NCBI GenBank assembly: GCA_964016885.1
Contig: CAXHJY010001069.1
Coordinates: 1 to 64,000 of the forward strand
DNA from: Eledone cirrhosa
Lineage: Eukaryota
Length of the DNA: 64,000 nucleotides
Reading direction: 5' to 3'
Below are positions 14,345 through 27,500 of the stretch, piece by piece (position 1 is the stretch's first letter; each line of letters opens with the position of its first letter). The translations under genes and the position numbers were made by a program. The notes beneath the pieces are model-generated. The model was not told where the DNA came from, ran no database searches, and saw only the letters and a list, made by a program, of their open reading frames with translations.

Positions 14345-15150
14345 CTTAACTATCATATAATAAAGAAAGGAGTGCAGAATATACTTTTTTTTATCCCGTT
14401 TGTGAAAGAAGTTGGATTACTTTGAATAAATAATGAATGAATATTACATAATTTATGTACTAAATTTCGTAACTCTTGATTAAATATAAATAAATTTAGT
14501 GTTTATTTAAATATTCACTTTTTAAAAATGTTCAAATGTCAACACTTCCGATTAGCGCTCGTTATATTATAACACCTCGCATATATTTCCGTCGCTAATT
14601 TTCTCCTAATGCAGTTTATATATAATATCGTCTTTTTTAAATGTACCATGGATAACTTTACTGATTGCAGAAGAGAGTGTAACACAGACTCTCTTCAATT
14701 TCTGTGGATATTGTCAATTACGATTTTATTTCCCAAATCATATCTACACACATGTATATTTGCGTATAATATCAATATGCACACTACACATGCTAGTAGA
14801 AAACCACCCGAAGAGTGGTTTTTCTGCCAGTGAGATTTAATAATTATAAACCTATTTTCAAAATCAAAGTTAAATGATGTGCTGTCGTTCATGGCAAAAT
14901 ACATAATATTTTTTATTGGAGAAGGTAAGATATTTTTCTGCAAAAATTTGATTGCACTGTTTTGTACCCACTTATGTATTTTTTAAAAATGTTATTTATT
15001 CATTATAAAAATTCAATGATAGCATTCTATATGTAGGTGGGGCTCCTTCTTCTGGCAACCAATATTTTTAGACCTAGTATATATATATATATGACGACGA
15101 TGAATTTGTTTTGCAAGGTTTTTGATCGGAAATCGTGTGTCGAAACAAAT

Positions 15151-15320
15151 ATTGTTATACTTGGGGAGGGTCATATTGTTATAATATTTCCAGAAATAAT
15201 AACAGCACACACTCACTGTTTGGTTTGGGTTGGTTTTCGCTTCTGTATCTTTTACATCTCCATAGCTAATTTATTTGGCAATCAACGTTTATCATTGATT
15301 GACAAACGGTTAAAAATACA
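15151..15320. repeat. Dispersed ~165-bp repeat (second copy 23757-23918; end fragments at ~15461-15508 and ~19099-19123)
   Basis: ttgttatacttggggagggtcata...ggttttcgcttctgtatctttt...aacggtyaaaaataca shared. Confidence 0.85.
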
Positions 15321-15513
15321 GATGTAAATATATATATATATAGTCTATCAAAGTTCTTTTGTTGCACATCTGCAATATCATCAGTGGTACTATTATGTTC
15401 CTCCTGTTGTATTGTAAGGCCTACGCCATTTTTATTTTATTTGTTAGATTATATATATATCTGTATTTTAAACCGTTGGTCATATGGCCCTCCTCAAGTA
15501 TAACAATACATAT

Positions 15514-15573
<60 letters not shown>

Positions 15574-15636
15574 CAGATTAATGTTTTTAAAAAATCAATC
15601 TGTGGACTTCTGCGTCCACAGATTGATTTTTTTTTT

Positions 15637-15687
15637 AGTTTCAGAAGATCCCATTAAGGGTGAAAGCAGCAATTCTTTGCTTAAACT
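15637..15687 (+). ncRNA. Type I hammerhead ribozyme variant (U4A)
   Basis: AGUUU-CAGAAGA-U CCC AUUAA GGG U-GAAA-GCA gcaauucuu UGC-UU-AAACU; all three stems pair; AATAAA downstream. Confidence 0.7.
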
Positions 15688-15812
15688 TTAATCTGTTATT
15701 TTAATAAATATTTGCTCTATGGTTTTTATATATTTGATATATATATATTATCCTTATCGAGCGCTCTTCGGATTTTAGTCTTCACATTTCTTATTTACTT
15801 TATATATATAAT

Positions 15813-15995
15813 TTTATCTAGGGTTCAATCGGGGGTAACCACAGTAAGTAAGGTACTCGATACAAAGCAGAGTATAAATATTTAATATAGAAAAGGCTTC
15901 TACAGGACTAGAACTGCTTCATTCGGGAGAAATCATCAGGAAGCTTCCTGATGATTTCTCCCGAATGAAACAGCTCTAGTCTTGTAGAAGCCTTT

Positions 15996-16004
<9 letters not shown>
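15813..16004. mobile_element. Family-A element with 61-bp-arm palindrome (15883-16004) centred on AAGCTT
   Basis: Arms are reverse complements with ~3 mismatches; distal tail 15813-15882 matches 20247-20315. Confidence 0.9.
15943..15991 (+). ncRNA. Type I hammerhead ribozyme (family A, intact core)
   Basis: GCUUC-CUGAUGA-U UUC UCCC GAA U-GAAA-CAG cucuaguc UUG-UA-GAAGC; GUA cleavage predicted after 15986; the mirror copy has GAAG instead of GAAA. Confidence 0.8.
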
Positions 16005-16041
<37 letters not shown>

Positions 16042-16295
16042 ACACGTATATATATACATACATATGTGTGTATGTGTGAGTAGTCACGTCTGGTAGTTGT
16101 TCAGTATTTCAGTGATGTCCAGTGACAACAACTTTCCGCCTTCAATGGCTGACCTGGTGACATCTGGAGTGGTCAATGCTGTTGGTTGTATTCAGGTCAA
16201 ACCTCTCTTAATAGTCAACATTTTGTCTTCACTCACTCAAACCAGCCGACATAAGTGTTGCCGAGACGTGCTTGGCTGTGTAACTGACCAATATA

Positions 16296-16571
16296 CTAAT
16301 ACTACTACTGCTGCTGCTACTACTACTACTACTACTACTACTATTGGTACTACTACTACTACTACTACTACTACTATTGGTACTACTACTACTACTACTA
16401 CTACTATTGGTACTACTACTACTACTACTACTACTATTGGTACTACTACTACTACTACTACTACTACTGCTGCTACTACTACTACTGCTGCTGCTACTAC
16501 TACTACTACTACTACTACTATTGGTACTACTACTACTACTACTATTGGTACCACCACCACCACCACTACTA
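16296..16571. repeat. (ACT)n with ATTGGT interruptions
   Basis: Direct reading. Confidence 0.9.
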
Positions 16572-16739
16572 CATATCATAGCACCTGTTACAAACATTAC
16601 CCCCCCCCCCTCCAATCAGCCACCTGTTAATTTGTTAGAATTGGAAAGAAGCAAAGATACATTCGATAGTGTATTCCAAGATAGACTTAGTCTAGATGAA
16701 GGATGAGGTGGTCATGTCTGGGAGACTTCCGTCTAATAT

Positions 16740-17533
16740 GTCATCATCATCATCTTTACCATCATCGTCACCAACATCAACAACAATACCAACAACAACC
16801 GCCACCTACACCACCACCTACAATAACAACGCCATCAACCCTACCACCACCACCAAAGCCATCATCACCACCACCATCACCAAACACATCCCCCCACTTC
16901 ACCACTGCCAATCCCTCCATCCGCTACTAAAGTTAACCCCTACCCGCCACCCCCACCCCACTACCACCCTACACTTAGATTCAAGAACACGAGGATATGG
17001 ACAATTGGGTGTTGGTTTGTAATGTGGCTATTTTTAGAGGGACATGGTGGTGGTGTTATTGTTGTTGTTCTTGTGGTTGTTGGTAGTAGTGGTGGTGGTG
17101 TTGTTGGTGTTGGTAGTAATGGTGGTGGTGTTGGTAGTAGTGGTGGTGGTGTTGGTCTTGTGGTTGTTGGTAGTAGTGGTGGTGGTGTTGTTGGTGGTGT
17201 TGGTCTTGTGGTTGTTGGTAGTAGTGGTAGTAGTGGTGGTGGTGTTGGTCTTGTGGTTGTTGGTAGTAGTGGTGGTGGTGTTGTTGGTGGTGTTGGTCTT
17301 GTGGTTGTTGGTAGTAGTGGTAGTAGTGGTGGTGGTGGTGGTGTTGGTGTTGGTAGTAGTGGTGGTGGTGGTGTTGGTAGTGGTGGTGGTGGTGTTGTTG
17401 GTGGTGTTGGTCGTGTGGTTGTTGGTAGTAGTGGTAGTAGTGGTGGTGGCGGTGGTGTTGGTAGTAGTGGTGGTGGTGTTGTTGGTCTTGTGGTTGTTGA
17501 TAGTAGTGGTAGTAGTGGTGGTGGTCGTGTTGG
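16740..17533. repeat. (CAC/CAA)n and (GGT/GTT/AGT)n low-complexity tracts
   Basis: Direct reading. Confidence 0.85.
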
Positions 17534-17680
17534 TTCAGAATCCTATGGGGACCACCCCAAAGTCTAATACTGTTACATGGTTGTAATATAAATATACTCC
17601 TCTACCTTTCACGGGACCCCAGACAATCTTTTGCGGAACCCACTTTGGGAGCCACTGCTCTAACCACTAAGCCATGTGGT

Positions 17681-18411
17681 GCAGGATATTAAGAGTTAAA
17701 TAACTCGCTGGAGGCTGGCTTACACATCAACATCTCCAAAACAAAATGTATGACAACTGATAAAACTAAGCCCATCTCCAAGTCACATTCTACAACCAGC
17801 AAATTGCTCAAGTTACGGAGTTTGTATATCTCGGTCACAAACTATCATCAAACAACAATGGAATGAGTGCTGCGCAATATCGAATCACTCTAGGTTTTGG
17901 CAGCTTTCAACAAGAACAAGGAAGTACTAACATCAAAACGAGTTTCCTATCATTTGAAGGCTAAGATCTTTGATACTTACATCCTACCAGTTGTGTTATA
18001 TGGTCTTGACTGTGTCAATTGGACACAAGATCACTTCAGAAGCTCTCTACATTCCAGAACCACATCATGAGACTTATGACTAGCAAGCGGCTCAGCGATC
18101 GTATCTGTATCAGTGAGCCGCTCAACATTACCAAACTTAGACCAATTACATCAATTGTCAAGTCAAGAGTACTCAAACTATACGGCCATATAAAAAGATC
18201 AACTCGTGGTGTGAGTAGGTTATTCCTGGAAGGAAGGTTGGCTGGTAAGAGAAGCAGAGGCCGGCAGCCAAAACTATGGCTTGATAATGTCAACTTATGG
18301 ACTGGACTTTTCTCTTTGAACTCTGCTGTTGGTGGTCGAACTTTGTGGAGAGAGATATCACATGTTAATGTGCAGTCTGCAACTGGCGGAGTTTACCGTA
18401 AAAGTAGTAGT
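17681..18411 (+). mobile_element. RTE-clade LINE 3' relic (RT C-terminal region, frameshifted)
   Basis: Translates GLHINISKTKCM...FVYLG...ILPVVLYG...LKLYGHIKR...GKRSRGRQPKLWLDNV; ends in a (GTA)n tail. Confidence 0.9.
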
Positions 18412-18685
18412 AACTGCAAGTTTAAGGCGGCAAACAAAAACAGCAAAAAACAAAAACAAAAACAAAAAAGACATGAGCAGGTAGTTGAGGTGGTTACTAC
18501 TAACACACATACACCAACACTACTACCATCACCACTCTCACCACCACTAACACACATACACCACCACCACCACCACTGCCACCACCACCACTACTACCAT
18601 CACCACTCTCACCACGACCATCACTCCTCACCAGCGGATGTAACTAATTAATTTGTTCAACTGGAGAGACTGTAAACAACTTGGA

Positions 18686-18720
<35 letters not shown>

Positions 18721-18756
18721 TTACTACTACTACTATCGCTACTACTACTACTATCG

Positions 18757-18810
<54 letters not shown>

Positions 18811-18884
18811 TCGCTACTACTACTACTACTACTACTACTACTAGTAGTAGTACTTCTGCTACTACTACTACTACTACTACTACT
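18686..18884. repeat. (ACT)n microsatellite
   Basis: Direct reading. Confidence 0.95.
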
Positions 18885-19117
18885 AACACCATCTTGTCCA
18901 ACACCAACAAGTTGGTGTAGGACAGAACAAAGGAGAGACACAAAATAAAAACCTAGTTACTGAGGAGGTCATATAATGTGTGACAAAAGAGCTTTGACAA
19001 TATATAAACAACCTTCCGGTTATCGAAACAAACCAACCAACCGGAAACTTATAATAAATTGAAGTCAAAATCACAGGTGCGTGTGTTTTAATTGGTAGCA
19101 TGACCCTCCCAAATTAT

Positions 19118-19159
<42 letters not shown>

Positions 19160-19450
19160 GGTGTTGGATGCTTAAAGCGTCCGTATGCGGTAGGCCGTAT
19201 GAACACTCAATGCCCTCGTAGAGCAGAGTTAGGAAAATCTGGTTCGTAGAATCGAGACGTATCTGACGACCGTGTTGATTTCAGAGTCAGGTCTGATCAC
19301 TATATCGGTTAGATCACTATATCGATCATATATCAGATCACTATATCGATCGTGCCTCGAGCTGGTCGCCCGAGAAACATTTGTAATATGTCCAATAAAT
19401 TCATTTCGTCGCAACACTGATTCTCTTTTTTCTGTGATATATATATATAT

Positions 19451-19973
19451 TGATTAATGTTCAGAGCCATCCTCAGCATTCTCGTGTAGCACCCATCCAC
19501 CATCTGAGTGAGTTTCTTGGTCAGTCTCTAAGTCCCAGACCCGTACAACAACACAGACTCCACTACAGCAACGAAGAGACGGATCTTCAGGTCTTTATGA
19601 AGGTCCGACTTTCACACCGATCTCAAACTGTGGCACGCCGCCCAGGCTTTGCTCTTCCTCTCGACCGCATCATCTTCTGTATTCCCAATCTTCGCTCCCA
19701 GATACAGGAAGTCCTCAACCAATTCTAGCGGCTTCCCGCCTACATTAGTAATCTTCTCTGGCTTCTTAATATTCTCTACCAGATACTTCGTCTTAATCTC
19801 ATTTATTCTCTGCCCCACACTCATCGACACAGACTCCACCTCCTGAATCAACTCCTCTGCCTCCTTCTCTGTGTTTGTCACCAGAACTATGTCGTCGGCA
19901 AATTCAGCATCCGATATCTTTTTCGCCTTAACTCTCCTGCTCTGAGCCGGTGTTACAGTAAAGCCTCCCAAAC
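19451..19973 (-). mobile_element. RTE-clade LINE RT fragment, inverted segment
   Basis: FADDIVL catalytic motif, INEIKTKY, FLYLG, ESVLLYGS, DGCYTRMLRMALNIN; internal stops. Confidence 0.92.
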
Positions 19974-20218
19974 GTCAGCTCGAGAGTAACACAGAGAGAC
20001 TGAGGTTAACTGGACATGCTCACCGACATCCAGAGTTGACACTACACTCAGTGCTCCTGTGGGAGACCCTGCATGGACACACTGGAAGAGGAAGACCGAG
20101 GTTGACATATGTTGATGTCCTAAGGACAGACACTGGTCTCTTGGAGGCGCAGGACATGGCAACGATAATGAGGGACAGAGACCGCTGGAGAGAACTCGTC
20201 CATGGATCTCGGGAATTT
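19974..20218 (+). mobile_element. Same RTE LINE, 3' segment in forward orientation
   Basis: LRLTGHAHRHPE...LLWE...GRGRPRLTYVD...MRDRDRWRELV. Confidence 0.88.
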
Positions 20219-20246
20219 TACCCGCCCTATATATATACAGATATAT

Positions 20247-20380
20247 GTTTATCCCGGGTTCAATCAGGGGTAACCACAGCAAGTAAGCTACTCAATACAT
20301 AGCACAGTATCAATATTTAATATAGAAATGGCTTCTACAGGACTAGAACTGTTTAATTCGGAAGAAATCATCAGGAAACC
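20247..20380 (-). mobile_element. Family-A hammerhead repeat, long form
   Basis: Reverse complement GGUUUC-CUGAUGA...UAAA(G12U)-CAG..CUG-UA-GAAGCC, then ATTAAA, ~70-nt tail and (AT)n. Confidence 0.85.
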
Positions 20381-20974
20381 CATCAGGCACATCTCCTCCT
20401 TCTCCCTCCCTCTCCCTTTCCATGTCCTTCACCCTCTCTCCCCTTCTGTAGCTCTTCTCCTTTCCCTCTACTTTTCTCCCTCTCTCTCTCTCTACTCTGC
20501 TCTCTATTTACCTCACACCACACCCCCTCCTGTTCTTTCTAGAGTTCTACCTCTTATCTTCCACTAGAGTTCTCCGATAGTTGCCTCACCCCCATCCACC
20601 CCCACCCCACATAGACACCGAGGTGCTCCTCCTCCCGCTCTGTTCCTCCTCTATCATATGTTCGGATTTGGTTTCACATTGAAAGATAGTTTTGCTTTAC
20701 TACTTCCGCTTCATGCTAAACTTCCGGTGGGTCTTTTGAAATCTTCCGATCTGGGATTTCACGCATGAGCGCGTTACATGTGTGTGATCATGTGTGTGTA
20801 TGTGTTCTTGTGTGTTTGCAGACGCGTGTGTGTATGTGTGTGTGTGTATGCGTGTGTGTGTTCTAGTGAACGTGTGTAGATAAATGTGTGTATAGTTTAT
20901 TTAATTGTATACGCATAAGCAAAGACAGACGGTAATAACATACCGCATATAGTTATTTGTATCAGGTATGTCTG

Positions 20975-21007
20975 TGTATATATATATATATGTATATATA
21001 TATACAC

Positions 21008-21044
<37 letters not shown>

Positions 21045-21047
21045 CAC

Positions 21048-21084
<37 letters not shown>

Positions 21085-21091
21085 CACATAC

Positions 21092-21130
<39 letters not shown>

Positions 21131-21689
21131 CAGATATATATATATATATATACAGGTATATATATATATATATATATATATGTACATATATATATATATA
21201 TATGTACATATATATATATATGTACATATATATATATATATATATATGTACATATATATATATATATATGTACATATATATATATACATATGTACATATA
21301 TATATATATATGTACATATATATATATATATGTACATATATATATATATATATGTACATATATATATATATATATGTACATATATGTACATATATATATA
21401 TATATATATATGGACATATATATATATATATGGACATATATATATATATATATATATGGACATATATATATATATGGACATATATATATATATATATGTA
21501 CATATATATATATATATATATGGACATATATATATATATATGTACATATATATATATATATATGGACATATATATATATATATATATATATGTACATATA
21601 TATATATATATATATGGACATATATATATATATATATATGGACATATATATATATATATATATGTACATATATATATATATATATGGAC

Positions 21690-21720
<31 letters not shown>

Positions 21721-21896
21721 TATATATATATATATGGACATATATATATATATATATATATATAGACATATATATATATATATATATGTACATATATATA
21801 TATATATATGGACATATATATATATATATATATGGACATATATATATATATATATATGGACATATATATATGTATATATATATATATATATATATG
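20975..21896. repeat. (TA)n with periodic GTAC/GGAC interruptions
   Basis: Direct reading. Confidence 0.95.
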
Positions 21897-22391
21897 AAAA
21901 CAGGGAGAAAGAGACGATTATTAGGAAGAAAAAAATATTTTTTCCCTTTTTATTTCCTTCTCTCTTTTTTCTGGGTCAGAAAATGATTAAAACGAAATAT
22001 TTTACTTTGTGTAAAGTGTTAAGGTATTAGTTAATTTATTTATTAATTAACAATAGCATTTATTTACCTATTTATATATTTAATAATTGTCTTTAACGGT
22101 TTCAGCATTTTTATGCATTATCCAATGATAGTGATATGTATTGGTGTAGAATGGTGGTGTTGCATATGTTAAAGAAATGGTGCAGAAAGAATAATGTTAT
22201 TTACAAACAAGGTTTATGAAGTAAAAAGAAAAAAGAAAAAAAGGGGCGTAATGTGGAGCATAAAAAGTCAATGTGAAAGAAAAAATAATGTTATTTACAG
22301 GCATAGTTCTTGAAGTTAAGCAGATCAAAATGTGTTAATATATATATATATATATGTATATATAGACATATATATATATATATATATGTCC

Positions 22392-22457
<66 letters not shown>

Positions 22458-22785
22458 GTGTCTGTGTGTGTGTCTGTCTCTCTGTCTCTCTCTGTGTGTG
22501 TGTGTGTGTGTTGCACAATGCAAACGAAAGGCGAGTGCTGTATCAATTCATTATTTAAACAATGAACTGATTAAGCACTAAATTTCACCTTTCGTTATCA
22601 TCGTTCAACACACACACACACACACCTAGTCACGCAATTCACGACGGAGTCGTAAGGTCGCCATATTGGCATTCGGCGTTTCTAAGGCATTTTAAAAAAT
22701 CATGGCAGAACCCAACTCCTCTCTCCAGGTCTGAATACAACAGATTGCTTCTAGAAAAGGTGAGAAAGAGATATAGAGGAAGAAT

Positions 22786-22915
22786 AGACCCTAGTATTTG
22801 ACTGGTACTTTTTTTTATAGACCTCGAAAAGGATGTAAGGCAAAGTTGACCTTGGTGGGATTAGAACTCAGAGCCCGAACGAATACCGCAAAGCATTCTA
22901 TCCGACGTTCTGGTG
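22786..22915 (-). mobile_element. Diverged SINE family-1 copy
   Basis: actggtact...aaaggatgtaaggcaaagttgaccttggtgggattagaactcaga. Confidence 0.75.
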
Positions 22916-22921
22916 ACTCTA

Positions 22922-22996
<75 letters not shown>

Positions 22997-23368
22997 ACAC
23001 ACAATCACTCACACTCAAAACATTGAAAAAAAACCAGATGTTATATCACGTGAGCAACCACAGGTGAGATAGATAGATAGAGAGAGAGGACGAAAGGAAG
23101 CAAGGAAGACAGAGAGTCTACCATATGATTATGTCTGTCATTAGGGTCCTAATGATATGTCATAGATATATGTCATAGTTGATGTAATAATATTTAATGT
23201 CGTAGGTTATATATTAAATATATATAATTTACAGTTGAAATATATTTTCACAGTACGATAGTGTTGCCTCATATTTTATCTTTTGTTAATGGCGTCAATG
23301 GTGACTCCTTTTATATTTCACACAAATACCTTTATATATATATATACATATACACATTCTCTCTCTCT

Positions 23369-23428
<60 letters not shown>

Positions 23429-23913
23429 TATACACACACACTCACACACTCACTCACTCACTCACTCACTCACACATACACACACTCACACATACACACA
23501 CTTACACATACACACATACACACACACTCCACACACACTCCACACACACACTCCACACACAAACACCATTTTATATTCACATATACACAAACACACACAC
23601 AGCCATACAAATATACTATCGTATACATACATTCACGTACACACGCACACACACACACACTCTCTCTCTGTCTCTCTCTCACACACACATATATATATTT
23701 ATATAAATACATATATCTGTGTGTGTGTGTATATGTATTTTATATATATGTATATATTGTTATACTTGGGGAGGGTCATACTGTTGTAATAATATGACCA
23801 GGAATAATAACAGAACTCACTGTTTCGTTGGTTTTCGCTTCTGTATCTTTTATATCTCCACAGTTAATTCATTCGGCCATCAATGTTTATCACTGATTGA
23901 CCAACGGTCAAAA

Positions 23914-23971
<58 letters not shown>

Positions 23972-23980
<9 letters not shown>

Positions 23981-24392
23981 TAAAAAAATAATGAATAAAA
24001 CAATGAAACAGTTCCTTATATTAAACAAAAAAAGTTCATTATTTAACGATCGTTTCTAGGATATATATGTGTTAGAATTGGCATGCATATTCAACAGATC
24101 TATGTACAAAATTATACAAAATTATACAAACTATCAAAATTAAATATACATACCAAACACATATATATGGCATATATATATAACACATAAACGGCATATA
24201 TATGTGTTTGGTATGTATATTTAATTTTGATAGTTTGTATAATTTTGTATAATTTTGTACATAGATCTGATGAATATGCATGCCAATTCTAACACATATA
24301 TATCCTAGAAACGATCGTTAAATAATGAACTTTTTTTGTTTAATATAAGGAACTGTTTCATTGTTTTATTCATTATTTTTTTAATATTTTAT
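23972..24392. repeat. 198-bp inverted repeat, 25-nt spacer, with hammerhead-like motif
   Basis: 23972-24169 vs 24195-24392 are reverse complements (one mismatch seen, in the core); + arm has CUGAUGA 24267-73 ... GAAA-CGAUCG-UU 24308-19. Confidence 0.9.
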
Positions 24393-24552
24393 CTTGACTC
24401 TGTATTCCGTTTATCTTTCACCGAAAGTGATTTTTCATTGCATCTCTTCTTTCCATGATATCCGGACTACATTGAGTTCTTCATACGGATTGGACACTAC
24501 CGTAAACTCTTGGTAGATTTATCTACATATATATATATATATATATATGTCA

Positions 24553-27500
24553 ATCTTGTTGTCATATATCTCACACCTATCTTGGTCTTATTACCAACTA
24601 TCTTGCTGTCATATATCTCACACCTCTCTTGGTCTTATTACCAACTATCTTGTTGTCATATATCACACCTATCTTGGTCTTATTACCAACTATCTTGTCA
24701 TATATCTCACACCTATCTTGGTCTTATTACCAACTATCTTGTTGTCATATATCTCACACCTCTCTTGGTCTTATTACCAACTATCTTGCTGTCATATATC
24801 TCACACCTATCTTGGTCTTATTACCAACTATCTTGTTGTCATATATCTCACACCTCTCTTGTTCTTATTACCAACTATCTTGTTGTCATATATCTCACAC
24901 CTCTCTTGGTCTTATTACCAACTATCTTGTTGTCATATATCCCACACCTATCTTGGTCTTATTACCAACTATCTTGTTGTCATATATCTCACACCTATCT
25001 TGGTCTTATTACCAACTATCTTGTTGTCATATATCTCACACCTATCTTGGTCTTATTACCAACTATCTTGTTGTCATATATCCCACACCTATCTTGGTCT
25101 TATTACCAACTATCTTGTTGTCATATATCCCACACCTATCTTGGTCTTATTACCAACTATCTTGTTGTCATATATCCCACACCTATCTTGGTCTTATTAC
25201 CAACTATCTTGTTGTCATATATCTCACACCTATCTTGGTCTTATTACCAACTATCTTGCTGTCATATATCTCACACCTATCTTGGTCTTATTACCAACTA
25301 CCTTGCTGTCATATATCTCACACCTATCTTGGTCTTATTACCAACTATCTTGTTGTCATATATCTCACACCTATCTTGGTCTTATTACCAACTATCTTGT
25401 TGTCATATATCTCACACCTATCTTGGTCTTATTACCAACTATCTTGCTGTCATATATCTCACACCTATCTTGGTCTTATTACCAACTATCTTGTGGTCAT
25501 ATATCCCACGCCTATCTTGGTCTTATTACCAACTATCTTGTTGTCATATATCTCACACCTATCTTGGTCTTATTACCAACTATCTTGTTGTCATATATCC
25601 CACACCTATCTTGGTCTTATTACCAACTATCTTGTTGTCATATATCTCACACCTATCTTGGTCTTATTACCAACTATCTTGTTGTCATATATCTCACACC
25701 TATCTTGGTCTAATTACCAACTATCTTGCTGTCATATATCTCACACCTATCTTGGTCTAATTACCAACTATCTTGTCATATATCTCACACCTCTCTTGGT
25801 CTTATTACCAACTATCTTGTCATATATCTCACACCTCTCTTGGTCTTATTACCAACTATCTTGCTGTCATATATCTCACACCTATCTTGGTCTAATTACC
25901 AACTATCTTGCTGTCATATATCTCACACCTATCTTGGTCTAATTACCAACTATCTTGCTGTCATATATCTCACACCTATCTTGGTCTTATTACCAACTAT
26001 CTTGCTGTCATATATCTCACACCTCTCTTGGTCTTATTACCAACTATCTTGTCATATATCTCACACCTCTCTTGGTCTTATTACCAACTATCTTGCAGTC
26101 ATATATCTCACACTTCTCTTGGTCTTATTACCAACTATCTTGCTGTCATATATCTCACACCTCTCTTGGTCTTATTACCAACTATCTTGCTGTCATATAT
26201 CTCACACCTCTCTTGGTCTTATTACCAACTATCTTGCTGTCATATATCTCACACCTCTCTTGGTCTTATTACCAACTATCTTGCTGTCATATATCTCACA
26301 CCTCTCTTGGTCTTATTACCAACTATCTTGTCATATATCTCACACCTATCTTGGTCTTATTACCAACTATCTTGCTGTCATATATCTCACACCTCTCTTG
26401 GTCTTATTACCAACTATCTTGTCATATATCTCACACCTATCTTGGTCTTATTACCAACTATCTTGTTGTCATATATCTCACACCTCTCTTGGTCTTATTA
26501 CCAACTATCTTGTTGTCATATATCTCACACCTCTCTTGGTCTTATTACCAACTATCTTGTCATATATCTCACACCTCTCTTGGTCTTATTACCAACTATC
26601 TTGTCATATATCTCACACCTATCTTGGTCTTATTACCAACTATCTTGTTGTCATATATCTCACACCTATCTTGGTCTTATTACCAACTAACTTGTTGTCA
26701 TATATCTCACCTCTCTTGGTCTTATTACCAACTATCTTGTTGTCATATATCTCACACCTTTCTTGGTCTTATTACCAACTATCTTGTTGTCATATATCTC
26801 ACACCTATCTTGGTCTTATTACCAACTATCTTGTTGTCATATATCTCACACCTATCTTGGTCTTATTACCAACTATCTTGCTGTCATATATCTCACACCT
26901 ATCTTGGTCTTATTACCAACTATCTTGCTGTCATATATCTCACACCTCTCTTAGTCTTATTACCAACTATCTTGTTGTCATATATCTCACACCTATCTTG
27001 GTCTTATTACCAACTATCTTGTTGTCATATATCCCACACCTATCTTGGTCTTATTACCAACTATCTTGTTGTCATATATCTCACACCTATCTTGGTCTTA
27101 TTACCAACTATCTTGTTGTCATATATCTCACACCTATCTTGGTCTAATTACCAACTATCTTGCTGTCATATATCTCACACCTATCTTGGTCTAATTACCA
27201 ACTATCTTGTCATATATCTCACACCTCTCTTGGTCTTATTACCAACTATCTTGTCATATATCTCACACCTCTCTTGGTCTTATTACCAACTATCTTGCTG
27301 TCATATATCTCACACCTATCTTGGTCTAATTACCAACTATCTTGCTGTCATATATCTCACACCTATCTTGGTCTAATTACCAACTATCTTGCTGTCATAT
27401 ATCTCACACCTATCTTGGTCTTATTACCAACTATCTTGCTGTCATATATCTCACACCTCTCTTGGTCTTATTACCAACTATCTTGTCATATATCTCACAC

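Noticed and set aside
17022-17567. Gly/Val-rich structural protein ORF
   Set aside because: (GGT/GTT/AGT)n microsatellite, open in several frames
19263-19395. CUGACGA and a distant GAAACAU..AUGUC
   Set aside because: About 105 nt apart with no stem I pairing; at best a disrupted relic
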